Assembly (NCBI GenBank): GCA_963697335.1 | Contig: CAVONQ010000010.1 | Coordinates: 1-64,000 of the forward strand | Length of the DNA stretch: 64,000 nt | Reading direction: 5' to 3' | Origin: an uncultured cyanobacterium | GTDB lineage: Bacteria > Cyanobacteriota > Cyanobacteriia > PCC-6307 > Cyanobiaceae | In this document: in pieces, positions 48,658 through 59,925 of the stretch | Layout of the letters: each line of letters starts with the position of its first letter | Position numbering within the stretch: position 1 is the first letter of the stretch | The notes under the pieces: generated by a model | Told to the model about the DNA's origin: nothing | Seen by the model: the letters and a program-made list of their open reading frames with translations, nothing else | Database searches by the model: none | Program-made: the position numbers and the translations under genes

Positions 48658-49797
48658 TCAGTTCTGCCGCGGCAGCTCGGCGGGTCGCAGGGTCAGGTTG
48701 GTGGTGGCGCTGCCGCGGCGCACCACCACCTCGAGGGCATCGCCCACCTTGCCCTGATCCACGGCCAGCTGCACCTCCGAGGGGTTGCGCACCCGGCGCC
48801 CGCCCACAGACTCGATCAGGTCGCAGGGCTTGAGGCCCCCCTTGGCGGCCGGGCTGTTCTGCATCACATCCACCACCACCACGCCATTGGCCTCCGGCAG
48901 CCGGCACTGGTCGGTGGTGGCGTTGATCTCCCGCGCCAGCTGGGGGGTGAGGGCCTGGAGCCGCACACCGATGTAGGGGTGGCTGGCGAAGCCGCGCTCA
49001 ATGATCTGGGCGGCGATCTGGCGGGCCACATTGATCGGCACCGCGAAGCTCAGGCCCGCGCCCGGTGCCTGGCGGATGGCGGTGTTGATGCCGATCACCT
49101 GGCCCCGGTCGTTGATCAGGGGCCCGCCGCTGTTGCCCGGGTTCACGGCGGCGTCGGTCTGGATGTAAGGCACCCGCTGGCCCTCGCCGACGGCGTTGGT
49201 GCGCTGGATGGCGCTGATGATGCCGGCCGTCACAGTGTTATCGAGCCCCAGGGGGTTGCCGATGGCGATCGCCCATTCGCCCGGCCGCAGCTTGGCGGAG
49301 TCCCCCAGGGGCGCCACGGGCAGGTCTGTGGCCACCACCTTCACCACCGCCACATCCGTGAGCGGATCGCTGCCGAGCACCTTGCCGGTGAGGCTGCGGC
49401 CGTCGGGCAGGGTCACGGTCACCTCGCTGGCCCCATCCACCACATGGGCATTGGTGAGCAGCACCCCGTCGGAGCGGGTGATGAAGCCGGAGCCCTGGCC
49501 CTGCTGCTCCTGGATGGTGGGTCCGCGGCCGAACAGGCCCCCCAGCGGATTGATCACCCGTTTGGTGGTGTCGATCCGCACCACGGCGGGTCCCACCTTC
49601 GCCACGGCGTCCACGATCACGTTGTTGCCGGGCTGCAGGGGCGGCACGGGGGCGGCGTCGCTGATGCGCACGTTGCCCTGATCGGGCTGGCCGGGCAGCT
49701 GGGGCAGATTCGGCAGTCGGGGCAGGCCACTGGCGCAGCCTGTGAGCAGCAACGTGCCGATCAGTCCGGCACTGGGCCAGGGGCGGAAGCAGGGCAT
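48658..49797 (-). CDS. HtrA/Deg-family serine protease with PDZ domain
   Basis: [32 protein letters not shown]. Confidence 0.92.
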   Translation of the reverse strand: MPCFRPWPSAGLIGTLLLTGCASGLPRLPNLPQLPGQPDQGNVRISDAAPVPPLQPGNNVIVDAVAKVGPAVVRIDTTKRVINPLGGLFGRGPTIQEQQGQGSGFITRSDGVLLTNAHVVDGASEVTVTLPDGRSLTGKVLGSDPLTDVAVVKVVATDLPVAPLGDSAKLRPGEWAIAIGNPLGLDNTVTAGIISAIQRTNAVGEGQRVPYIQTDAAVNPGNSGGPLINDRGQVIGINTAIRQAPGAGLSFAVPINVARQIAAQIIERGFASHPYIGVRLQALTPQLAREINATTDQCRLPEANGVVVVDVMQNSPAAKGGLKPCDLIESVGGRRVRNPSEVQLAVDQGKVGDALEVVVRRGSATTNLTLRPAELPRQN

Positions 49798-49915
49798 GGT
49801 CGACTCAGGGGGACGGCTGGTGGGAGGGGGGTTGCCCCGGTGGGTCTGGGGCACATTTAAGACGGAGCGGGGGCGGGTGATCTGCCTATATTCGGCACCC
49901 GCGTGGGGGCCCTTG

Positions 49916-51313
<1,398 letters not shown>

Positions 51314-51329
51314 GCCCAGGCGCTTCGCT

Positions 51330-51863
51330 TCACATGCAGCCTTGAACCGAGATGCGGTAGCTGAAGCCGAGGGCCCCCGGGTCGTCGCTAGCTCCCACCT
51401 TGAAGTTCATCTGGCTGGCCTGCTTTTCAGGCACAGCAGGGAAGGGACCGAACTCCTGTCCCTTGCCGATCGGCGGATTCATCGTGGCATTGATCACCTG
51501 CAGGCTGGTGCCATCGGTGAACTTCATGAATCCCTCCACGGGATACTTCGCATTGGCATCGGAAGAGTTGGCCGTGAAGAAGAACTTGTAGTTCCTGTAG
51601 GGGCGATCCACGATGAAATCGGTGTTCCAATTCGTTCTGCCGAGCAGCTTGGCCCTTCCCACGGTTTTGGATACCACGGGATTGCTGCCATCGCCACCGA
51701 TCGGCTGGAGAAATGTGCAGGTTTCGGCCCGCACCGTGGTGGCGGAAGCCAGGGTGAGGGTGAGGGCTGCGACTGAACCGCGGACCAGAGACTGCAGAAG
51801 CTGCTGGTTGGATGACTTGATCACTGCGAAGAGAGGCTGCACAGCAGGGTTGAAGGTGTTCAT
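51330..51863 (-). CDS. Conserved hypothetical secreted protein
   Basis: Signal-like segment, CTFLQPIGG, GRTNWNTDF, YRISVQGC. Confidence 0.65.
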   Translation of the reverse strand: MNTFNPAVQPLFAVIKSSNQQLLQSLVRGSVAALTLTLASATTVRAETCTFLQPIGGDGSNPVVSKTVGRAKLLGRTNWNTDFIVDRPYRNYKFFFTANSSDANAKYPVEGFMKFTDGTSLQVINATMNPPIGKGQEFGPFPAVPEKQASQMNFKVGASDDPGALGFSYRISVQGCM

Positions 51864-52005
51864 GCTTGACTGTAAATCGCGGCCTGCCTGTTGGCTGTCT
51901 GCTGTTATGAGTGCGATGGAGGTTGCTCATAGCAGCCCCCCGCCAGGACAGCCTCATGGGGCCCGGGTAGAATGGGATTTGCCCTGCCGTTGTCCCATTT
52001 CCAGC

Positions 52006-52284
52006 ATGAAGCAATCCCTGCCATCGAACCTGATGGCTTCCATGGGCCACGTCTTCGGGGCGGCAGCTCTGGCCGCTGCACTCGGCGGCAGCTTGGGCGC
52101 CGGCCCCGCCCGGGCCCAGACCCAGACCTGGCAGCGGCAAGGCGCCCCGCCACCGGCCGGCTCCCAGGTGGTGCCGGAGAATTGCACCACGGACAGCGAT
52201 GGCACCATCTCCTGCGGGACCCGCCTGGAGGGGGATGAACGGCGTCGCCCGGCCGCTCCCCGCATCGATCTCTTCCCGAACTGA
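52006..52284 (+). CDS. Small hypothetical secreted protein
   Basis: Ala-rich signal ending ARA-Q, NCTTDSDGTISC. Confidence 0.5.
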   Translation: MKQSLPSNLMASMGHVFGAAALAAALGGSLGAGPARAQTQTWQRQGAPPPAGSQVVPENCTTDSDGTISCGTRLEGDERRRPAAPRIDLFPN

Positions 52285-52311
52285 GTGCGCCTGCCGAACC
52301 GGCCCCGTCCT

Positions 52312-53226
52312 TCAGGTGAGGGGACGGGCGGGATCCAGGCCCTCCACTTCCCCCTGAAACACCCTGGAGGCCGTGATGTCCTCGGCCTCCAGCGTCATCA
52401 GATCCAACTTGGTGAGGGCGTTGCCCATGCCACTGAACAGCCGGTTGGCCTGGCGCATGCGGGCGCGATCGATGGCGTTGCGGATTGAGCGGGCATTGGC
52501 GAAGAAGGGCAGCTTCATGCGGCGCTGGATGTAGTCCGCGAAGGCGGAGCGGGCTTCATCGCTGAAACGGTAGTTCTCGGCAGCCAAGATCAACTGGGCG
52601 ATCGCCAGCAGCTCCTTGGCGCTGTAGTCGGGGAAGTCGATGTGGTTGGCCACCCGCGACGAAAGACCGGGGTTGGATTGGTAGAAGATGTCCATCCGAT
52701 CCTTGTAGCCCGCGAAGATCACCACCAGATCGTCGCGCTGACTCTCCATCACCTGCAGCAGGATCTCGATCGCCTCTGCCCCATAATCCCTCTCATTTTC
52801 AGGGCGGTAGAGGTAGTAGGCCTCGTCGATGAACAGCACCCCCCCCATGGCTTTCTTGAGCATCTCCCTGGTCTTGGGAGCGGTGTGGCCGATGTACTGC
52901 CCCACCAGGTCATCGCGGGTGGCGGTGATCACATGGCCCTTGCGCACATAGCCCAGCCCGTGCAGGATCTTGCTCATCCGCTCGGCCACGGTGGTCTTGC
53001 CGGTGCCCGGCCGACCGGTGAAGGACATGTGCAGCGAGGGCGGCGCCGTTTCCAGCCCCACTTGCTGGCGGGCCCGGTTCACCACCAGCAGGGCGGCGAT
53101 CTCACGGATGCGGGCCTTCACCGGCCGCAGGCCGATCAGGTCGCGGTCGAGTTCATCCAGCACCTCCTGCACCCCGGCTCCCTCGTAGGCCGCCCGCAGG
53201 TCCACCGACAGGCCCAGATCGGTCAC
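52312..53226 (-). CDS. cbbX: CbbX AAA+ protein (Rubisco-activase family)
   Basis: [47 protein letters not shown]. Confidence 0.95.
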   Translation of the reverse strand: MTDLGLSVDLRAAYEGAGVQEVLDELDRDLIGLRPVKARIREIAALLVVNRARQQVGLETAPPSLHMSFTGRPGTGKTTVAERMSKILHGLGYVRKGHVITATRDDLVGQYIGHTAPKTREMLKKAMGGVLFIDEAYYLYRPENERDYGAEAIEILLQVMESQRDDLVVIFAGYKDRMDIFYQSNPGLSSRVANHIDFPDYSAKELLAIAQLILAAENYRFSDEARSAFADYIQRRMKLPFFANARSIRNAIDRARMRQANRLFSGMGNALTKLDLMTLEAEDITASRVFQGEVEGLDPARPLT

Positions 53227-53507
53227 GGGCCACTCTCAGCCGGAGGGGCGGCCGGGCAGAGGGCATCGATGGCGGCGGTGAACGCCTCGTCCTCAGGTCC
53301 GATCAGCTCCTGCTCGGGCTCAGGCCGCAGGGTGAGGTTCACATAGGTTCGCCCGAAGCTGATGTCCGGATAGCGGCCCAGCCGGTCGCAGAGATCGTTC
53401 AGTTGCTCCAGGAAGGCGCGGGTTGCCCCGTAGTCGCCGAACTCGATACGCCGCTCCAGGCGCTCGGCGCGGTCGGGCTTGGGCCGGGGAGTCCAGGTCT
53501 GCTCCAT
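53223..53507 (-). CDS. Pterin-dehydratase-like Rubisco assembly factor (acRAF/Raf2 type)
   Basis: [28 protein letters not shown]; carboxysome context. Confidence 0.8.
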   Translation of the reverse strand: MEQTWTPRPKPDRAERLERRIEFGDYGATRAFLEQLNDLCDRLGRYPDISFGRTYVNLTLRPEPEQELIGPEDEAFTAAIDALCPAAPPAESGP

Positions 53508-53516
53508 GGTCAGACC

Positions 53517-54692
53517 CTAGGCCAGCGCTGGGTTGGGGCGGACCCAGCGGCTCTCCGCCAGGCAGTCGGTGCGGGCGGCCGCCAGGCGCCTGGCCCAGGC
53601 ACCGGCGTAGGCCAGGTTGGCGGCCTGCTGGCTCGCCTCGCTGCAGGCCAGCCCGTGGGGCATGGTGCCCTGGATAGCGGCCTCGGTCACACAGAACATC
53701 GCCTTCTGGAAGCTGCGGCAGATGTTCACGTGGATGTCGCCCTCACCGCGGCCGTGCTGGTCGTACCAGCGATGTAGGGCCTCGGGCAGATGGCGGAGCA
53801 TGTCCTGCATCAGCAGGCTGGGGGGGATGCCCGCCCCCATGGTTGGCAGCGGATCGGCAAACAGGGCGCCATAGGCGAAGCGGGCCTGGTCGGTGGAAAT
53901 CTGCTGGGCCTGGGCGTTGAAGCTCACGGTGCCGAAGAACGGCGTCCCGCGCAGGAACACCGCCTCCACATAGGGCACCGCCACATCCATCAGAAAGCTG
54001 AGGCCGGCCTCGGGGGGCAGCACCCAGTGCCGCTGGCCGCCGAGCTCCACGGCGTAGGTGATGGGAGCGCTGGCTGCCCGCACCAGGCCCTGCCGGATGT
54101 ACTCCACCACAGCGGCCATCGTGCCGATCCGGCCCTCGCGTTCCTCGGTGGCCAGGGCCAGGAACAGATCACTCATCACCCGCCAGAACTGGCCGAGCGC
54201 ATGGGTGGTGGCGGCACTGCGGATCAGCTCCGGCAGGAAGCCCGGGAACAGGGGATGGAGCAGGGCCAGCAGGGGATCGCCCTGACGCTTGGCGGCGATG
54301 ATGCCGGCGCAGCCGGCGGCGAAGTCGGTGGAGTCAAGGTAGACATCCAGCCCGCCCGTGCCGTGCCAGAGCATGGTCTTCATGCAGTACTCGGCATACT
54401 CGTAATTGATGCGGTCGTGCCGCAGGTTGCGCCAGATCCGGGCCGGGCTCGGATCCCCATCCAGATACTTGAACAGGGGCAAGGGATTGAGAAACTGGCG
54501 CTCGGCCTGAAAGATCAGGTTGGTGCTGTAGGCATCCAGCACGGCGCCATAGCTCTCCAGCACCCCCACCACCTGCAGCCGCTGGTCCGCCGAGTCGGCC
54601 ACCAGGGTCTGGCCGCTGAGCAGCCGCTGGCACAGCTCAGCCGTTGTGAGCCTGTCGCCCTTCACGGTGAGATCGGCCGGAATCACAGGCAT
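53517..54692 (-). CDS. cupB: CO2 hydration protein
   Basis: HDRINYEYAEYCMK, DPLPTMGAGIPPSLLMQDM, SFQKAMFCVT; follows ndhF4/D4. Confidence 0.85.
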   Translation of the reverse strand: MPVIPADLTVKGDRLTTAELCQRLLSGQTLVADSADQRLQVVGVLESYGAVLDAYSTNLIFQAERQFLNPLPLFKYLDGDPSPARIWRNLRHDRINYEYAEYCMKTMLWHGTGGLDVYLDSTDFAAGCAGIIAAKRQGDPLLALLHPLFPGFLPELIRSAATTHALGQFWRVMSDLFLALATEEREGRIGTMAAVVEYIRQGLVRAASAPITYAVELGGQRHWVLPPEAGLSFLMDVAVPYVEAVFLRGTPFFGTVSFNAQAQQISTDQARFAYGALFADPLPTMGAGIPPSLLMQDMLRHLPEALHRWYDQHGRGEGDIHVNICRSFQKAMFCVTEAAIQGTMPHGLACSEASQQAANLAYAGAWARRLAAARTDCLAESRWVRPNPALA

Positions 54693-56233
54693 CAGCCCAG
54701 GCCCCCGGAGGCCAGCTGCGCGGCCAGGGCCGGCAGCTGCGCCATGGCGGTGGTGGTGGCCTCACTCAGGTGCCCCAGGCCACCGGGCGCCAGACCGAGC
54801 ACCACCACGCCGAGGGCCAGGGCGATGGCCGGCACCGTCTCGCGCGCTGCTACGGCGGGCAGCTGGATGTCGAGCCGGCTGGACTCGAGCGGATCCTCGG
54901 CGGCGGTGATGGCCAGCCGGCCGAAGAAGGCCCGGTTCACCAGCAGCAGGAAGTACACCGCCGTGAGCCCGGAGCCCACCATGCAGCAGAGGGTGGCCAC
55001 CGGGTAGGCGCCGAGGCTGCCCCGAAACACCAGGAACTCGGCGATGAAGCCCGCCATGCCGGGCATGCCGGCACTTGCCATCACGGCCAGGATCATCAGC
55101 GATCCCGTGAGCGCCAGACCTCGCTCGGGGTTGAGCAGACCCTTCAGCACCGTCAGGTCGCGGCTGCCCGTCTTGCGGTACACGATCCCCACCAGCAGAA
55201 ACAGCAGGGCTGAAATCAGGCCATGGCTCACCATCTGGAACTGGGTGCCCAGCAGGCTCACCGGCGATGCTGCCGCCGCCGCCAGCAGGATGTAGCCCAT
55301 GTGCCCCACGGAGCTGTAGGCCACCATCCGCTTCATGTCCTGCTGGGCGATCGCCGCCAGCGACCCGAACACCACAGAGATCGCCGCCCATACCGCCAAT
55401 CCCGGCGCCAGCACCGCCCAGGCCTCAGGGAACAGCCCCATGCCGAAGCGCAGCAGGCCGTAGGTGCCCAGCTTCAGCAGCACGCCCGCCAGCAGCACCG
55501 ACACCGGCGTGGAGGCCTGGGTGTGGGCATCGGGCAGCCAGGTGTGGAATGGCACCAGCGGCATCTTGATGCCGAATCCCACCAGCAGCGCCAGCAGCAG
55601 CACGATCTGGCTGCCCAGTCCAAGTTGCTGGGAGGTCACTGCCGTGGGGCTGAAGTCCACGGTTCCGGTGAGCAGGGCCAGGCCCAGAAAGGCTGCCAGG
55701 ATCAGCATGCCGGAGATGGCCGTGAAGATGAGGAACTTGGTGGCCGCGTAGGCCCGCCCGGCGCCCCCCCAGATGGAGATCAACAGCCATAGGGGGATCA
55801 GTTCGAGCTCGTAGAAGAGCACGAACAGCAGCAGGTTGTCGGCCAGGAAGGCCCCGTTCACGGCCCCGCTGATCAGCAGCAGCAGGGCGAAGTAGAGGCG
55901 CGGCCGGCGGCTCAGGTCGCGGCTGCAGACCACGGCCACCAGGCTGAGGCCGGCGTTCATCAGCACCAGCGGCAGCGACAGCCCATCCACCCCGAGCCGG
56001 TACTCGAGGCCCAGGTCGGGCAGCCAGGTGTGCACCTCCTGCAGCTGCAGGCCGCTCTGGCCGGGGTCGAAGGCCAGCACCACGGCCAGGCTGAGGCCCA
56101 GCTGCAGGCTGAGCAGGGCGATGCTGGCCTGCCGCAGCCGGGCGGCAGTGGCAGGTTGGGGCCAGGCCAGCAGGCCCAGGCCGCCGGCCAGGGGCAGCAG
56201 CAGCAGCAAGGAGAGCAGGGGCAGGGCGCTCAT
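54692..56233 (-). CDS. ndhD4: NDH-1 subunit D4 (CO2 uptake)
   Basis: GVDGLSLPL, FYELELIP, PFHTWLPDAH, YSSVGHMG. Confidence 0.88.
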   Translation of the reverse strand: MSALPLLSLLLLLPLAGGLGLLAWPQPATAARLRQASIALLSLQLGLSLAVVLAFDPGQSGLQLQEVHTWLPDLGLEYRLGVDGLSLPLVLMNAGLSLVAVVCSRDLSRRPRLYFALLLLISGAVNGAFLADNLLLFVLFYELELIPLWLLISIWGGAGRAYAATKFLIFTAISGMLILAAFLGLALLTGTVDFSPTAVTSQQLGLGSQIVLLLALLVGFGIKMPLVPFHTWLPDAHTQASTPVSVLLAGVLLKLGTYGLLRFGMGLFPEAWAVLAPGLAVWAAISVVFGSLAAIAQQDMKRMVAYSSVGHMGYILLAAAAASPVSLLGTQFQMVSHGLISALLFLLVGIVYRKTGSRDLTVLKGLLNPERGLALTGSLMILAVMASAGMPGMAGFIAEFLVFRGSLGAYPVATLCCMVGSGLTAVYFLLLVNRAFFGRLAITAAEDPLESSRLDIQLPAVAARETVPAIALALGVVVLGLAPGGLGHLSEATTTAMAQLPALAAQLASGGLG

Positions 56234-58107
56234 GGGCCGCCTCGGCTGAGCCAGGCCAGGGAGGCGGCCAGCGTCACGATCGCCACCACGGCGGTGAGCA
56301 GATACGACTGCAGCTGCCCGCTCACCCCCAGCTTCAGACCCTCGGCGCTCTGCAGCGAGAGGCGACCGAAACCATTCACCACCCCATTCACCAGGCGTCG
56401 ATCCAGCCAGTCGCTGAGGCGGGCCAGGGCCGCCACCAGGGCCACCAGCGTGCTGCGGTAGGCCGCCTCGCTGTAGAAGTCGAAGGCCAGCAGGTCCTGC
56501 AGGCCGCGCAGGGCCTGGGGGCTGGAGCGGCTCCGCACCCCATCGAGCGGCAGCCGCGCGCCGATCCCCACCCCCAACAGCCCACTGCCCACCACCGCCA
56601 GGCCGATGGGCCAGGGGAACGAGGCCAGGCCAGGCACTGGATCCAGCCGGGCCAGCAGCAGGGGGGTGAGCAGCACCAGCACGCTGAGACTCACCATCGG
56701 CAGGGCCATCAGCCAGACCACCTCCGGCGTGCGGCGGGTCTTGGGCATCGCGGGCCCCAGAAACACGCTGCGGAACACCCGGCAGAGGTTCACCGCTGTG
56801 AGGGCATTGGTGATCAGGAGCACGGCGGCGAAGGCGGGAGTGTCAGCCAGCAGAGCCTCCACGCCCAGGCCGAAGCACCAGAAGCAGCCCAGGGGCAGCA
56901 GCCCCACCAGGCCGGCGCTCCCCACCACAAAGGCGGTGGCGGTGGCCGGCATGCGGCTGCCGATGCCGCCCAGCTCGGTGAGGTCCTGGCAGTTGGTGGC
57001 GGCGATCACGCTGCCCACCCCCATGAACAGCAGCGCCTTGGCCAGGGCGTGGGAGAACAGCAGCAGCAGGGCGATGCCGGGCTGCTGCAGGGCGATGGCA
57101 ATGAACACCAGCCCCACGTAGGAGGTGGTGCCGTAGGAGCAGGCGCGCTTGAGGTCCACCTGGGCCAGGGCCACGAGGGCTCCGGCCAGGGCGCTGATCG
57201 TGCCCACCGCCAGCAGCACGTCCGTGGCCACCGGGGAGAGCAGCAGCAGCGGCATCAGCTTGAGCAGCACCAGGGCTCCGGCGGTGACCACCGCTGAGTT
57301 GCGCAGGATCGAGGCCGGGTTGGGGCCCTCCATGGCCTCATCGAGCCAGAGGTGCATCGGGAACTGGGCGCACTTGCCCATCGGTCCGGCGATCAGCCCC
57401 AGGCCCAGCAGGGTGCCGGCCAGGGGGGTGAGGCTGCCGTCGGCGTGGGCGGCCGCGGCCCAGCTGTAGAGATCGGTGAACTCCATCGATCCGGCCCAGG
57501 CCGAGAGCGCCACCACCCCCATCAGCAGCAGCACATCGCCCACCCGCTTGGTGAGGAAGGCGTCGCGGGCCGCCGTGACCACCAGCGGCTGGGCATACCA
57601 GAACCCCACCAGCAAATAGGTGGAGAGGGTGAGCATCTCCAGCAGGAAATAGCTCATGAACAGATTGCTGCTCAGCACCACCCCACAGAGGGCGCCTTCA
57701 AAGAAGCCCACCAGGCCGTAGAAGCGCGCCAGCGACCACTCCTTGTCGAGGTAGCCGAGGGCAAACACCTGGGCCAGCAGGCTGAGCAGCGTCACCAGGG
57801 CCAGGGCCGCCAGGTTGGTGGGCGAGAGGTCGAAGCCCAGGCTGAGGCTGAGGTCGGCGGCGGAAAACCACGGGATGGCCAGATGGGCAGGGCCGTGGAG
57901 GTTCACCTCCCAGGCCACCAGGGCGCCGTGGACCACGGCCAGCAGGGTGACCAGCAGGTTGAGGTAGGCGGCCGGCCGGGGACCCTGGCGCGGCAACCAG
58001 CCCCAGGCCCAGGGCAGCGAGAGCAGCATGCCGCTGAACCCATAGAGCGGGATCAGCCAGGCCAACTGAAGCGAAAGAGGTAGGGATGGGCTCAATGGCT
58101 CGACCAT
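56230..58107 (-). CDS. ndhF4: NDH-1 subunit F4 (CO2 uptake)
   Basis: GPRPAAYLN, ARDAFLTKRVGD, HLWLDEAMEGPNPASILRN. Confidence 0.9.
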   Translation of the reverse strand: MVEPLSPSLPLSLQLAWLIPLYGFSGMLLSLPWAWGWLPRQGPRPAAYLNLLVTLLAVVHGALVAWEVNLHGPAHLAIPWFSAADLSLSLGFDLSPTNLAALALVTLLSLLAQVFALGYLDKEWSLARFYGLVGFFEGALCGVVLSSNLFMSYFLLEMLTLSTYLLVGFWYAQPLVVTAARDAFLTKRVGDVLLLMGVVALSAWAGSMEFTDLYSWAAAAHADGSLTPLAGTLLGLGLIAGPMGKCAQFPMHLWLDEAMEGPNPASILRNSAVVTAGALVLLKLMPLLLLSPVATDVLLAVGTISALAGALVALAQVDLKRACSYGTTSYVGLVFIAIALQQPGIALLLLFSHALAKALLFMGVGSVIAATNCQDLTELGGIGSRMPATATAFVVGSAGLVGLLPLGCFWCFGLGVEALLADTPAFAAVLLITNALTAVNLCRVFRSVFLGPAMPKTRRTPEVVWLMALPMVSLSVLVLLTPLLLARLDPVPGLASFPWPIGLAVVGSGLLGVGIGARLPLDGVRSRSSPQALRGLQDLLAFDFYSEAAYRSTLVALVAALARLSDWLDRRLVNGVVNGFGRLSLQSAEGLKLGVSGQLQSYLLTAVVAIVTLAASLAWLSRGGP

Positions 58108-58162
58108 CAGGCGGCCCGGAGCCGGGGGGACTCAGTACCGCTGCTCCCCTGCAGGGGCTGGC

Positions 58163-58639
58163 TCAGAAACGGGCCCGATCGAGGTCTGGGCCCGGATGAG
58201 CGCCCAGCTGGCCCAGCCAAGTGGCCAGCTCCTCGCCATGGGATTGCTCCTCGCGCCACAGTTCACGGAAGAAGGCTTCATTCTCCCCGTCCCCGATCTG
58301 AACGCAGAAGCGCACGGCCTCGGCGTAATGATTGATGAGGTCGGCTTCCTGGACGCTGTTGTGCCGCAGCAACCCCAGCAGGTCGGGGGCGTGGGCGACC
58401 GGATGCAACTGGGAGGCCGCAGGAGCCACTCCGAGGCGGAGCATGCGCTGCACCAGCTTTTCGGCGTGCCGGAGTTCTTCCACGGTTTCTTCGCGGAAGC
58501 GCTTGGCGGCCTCAGCATCGCCCCAGAGCTCCAGCAGGGAGGCCTGGGTCATGTATTGCTGCACGGCCGAGAGCTCGAGGCTCAGGGCGCGACCCAGATA
58601 GCCCAGGACGCGCGGGTGGGCGGCGTCCATCGGCATCAC
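58163..58639 (-). CDS. Bacterioferritin-like protein of the alpha-carboxysome locus
   Basis: LGRALSLELSAVQQY, EELRHAE, EEQSH. Confidence 0.85.
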   Translation of the reverse strand: MMPMDAAHPRVLGYLGRALSLELSAVQQYMTQASLLELWGDAEAAKRFREETVEELRHAEKLVQRMLRLGVAPAASQLHPVAHAPDLLGLLRHNSVQEADLINHYAEAVRFCVQIGDGENEAFFRELWREEQSHGEELATWLGQLGAHPGPDLDRARF

Positions 58640-59292
58640 AGGCGGCGGATGGCCTCAGTGCTCTGCAGGGCCGGCTCCACCTCGGTGTGGGGGCGGGCAA
58701 TGATGTGGGCAGCCACCAGGCCATCACCCACCCGCTCGCAGGCGTCGGCACCGGCGCGCACCGCTGCGTTCACGGCGCCGGTTTCGCCACGCACCATCAC
58801 GGTGACGTAGCCGCCACCGACGAACTCGCGGGCCACCATGGTGACCTCAGCGGCCTTGGTCATGGCGTCGGCCGCCTCGATGGCAGGCACCAGGCCGCGG
58901 GTTTCAATCATGCCGAGGGCGATGCCGTGAACGGTGGGAGCCATGGGGGAAGTTGCGGAGGAGGAGGAAGAGGCGGGGGGCCGGGTGCCACTGGAGCCAC
59001 CGGAGCGGCGGCTGGAGCGGCTGCTGCTGGAGCGCGGACTGGTGCTGGAGGCGGGCGGCAGAGCCCTGGACCGGCTGGTGGCGCTGGCTGCGGAGCGAAC
59101 TGTGGAGGGCTTCGCAGTTGCTGCAGCTGGGGCGCTGCTGGACTTCACGGCGCTGGTGTTCGGTGAGCCGGTGGCGGCTGCCGGGGGTGGGCTGACGGGA
59201 GTGGGTGCTGGCGTGGGGGTGGCGCTGCTGGTGTCACCGGCGCCCTCTGAGGCGGCGGACTTGCCGGTCGATCGGGTGGTCGGTGTGGCCAT
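58636..59292 (-). CDS. csoS1E: BMC shell protein with long Ser/Ala/Thr-rich N-terminal extension
   Basis: GIALGMIETRGLVPAIEAADAMTKAAEV...HIIARPH after about 115 aa of low-complexity sequence. Confidence 0.85.
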   Translation of the reverse strand: MATPTTRSTGKSAASEGAGDTSSATPTPAPTPVSPPPAAATGSPNTSAVKSSSAPAAATAKPSTVRSAASATSRSRALPPASSTSPRSSSSRSSRRSGGSSGTRPPASSSSSATSPMAPTVHGIALGMIETRGLVPAIEAADAMTKAAEVTMVAREFVGGGYVTVMVRGETGAVNAAVRAGADACERVGDGLVAAHIIARPHTEVEPALQSTEAIRRL

Positions 59293-59370
59293 GGCGGGGC
59301 GCGGGGGGACGGGAACAGGGAGAGATCAGCAAACCGGCCGCCCTGATGGAAGCAGCCGCCGGAGCGTCAG

Positions 59371-59622
59371 CTAGCCATCGGGTTCCCAGAAATCAATGAT
59401 TCCGGCGATGGTCAGATCGATCTGGGCTTCAGGGACCCCACAGGCGAAGCGGGCGGCGGAGCCGCTGGAGGTGAACACCCAGTTGCCCACGGAGGCCCCG
59501 ACGGGATCCACGGCCACCGCGATCTTGCCTTTGACGTTGCGCAGCACCCTGAGGTTCCAGTGGCCCATGCCACCGACCCGCTGGGTGCAGACGAGGGAGC
59601 CGGTCACCTGCATGATCTCCAT
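59371..59622 (-). CDS. csoS4B: Carboxysome vertex pentamer B
   Basis: MEIMQV..LVCTQRV, VAVDPVG, SGSAARFA, DLTIAGIIDFW. Confidence 0.92.
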   Translation of the reverse strand: MEIMQVTGSLVCTQRVGGMGHWNLRVLRNVKGKIAVAVDPVGASVGNWVFTSSGSAARFACGVPEAQIDLTIAGIIDFWEPDG

Positions 59623-59924
59623 CAGCCGGCCCCTCCTGCCGCAGGGCTGGTGCCCGTGGCAGGCGGGGCCGGCTTGGGGGCGTCGGGGTCCCAGTGGTCG
59701 ATGATCCCCACGATCGTGAGGTCGCTGGGGTACGACTTGCTGCCGGCGGCTTCCCGGGCCGCCGAACTGCCCACGCAGATCACCCAGTCACCGGGGATGC
59801 AGCCCACGGCGTCCACCGCCACTTTCTTGGTGCTGCCATCCAGCACCACCTGCAGCAGCTTGTGTTCGAAACCGGGGATGCGGTTGGTGGACACCAGGGG
59901 TTTGAGCACTTTGCAGATCAGCAT
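59622..59924 (-). CDS. csoS4A: Carboxysome vertex pentamer A
   Basis: MLICKVLKPLVSTNRIP, VAVDAVGCIPGDWV, YPSDLTIVGIIDHW. Confidence 0.93.
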   Translation of the reverse strand: MLICKVLKPLVSTNRIPGFEHKLLQVVLDGSTKKVAVDAVGCIPGDWVICVGSSAAREAAGSKSYPSDLTIVGIIDHWDPDAPKPAPPATGTSPAAGGAG

Positions 59925-59925
59925 C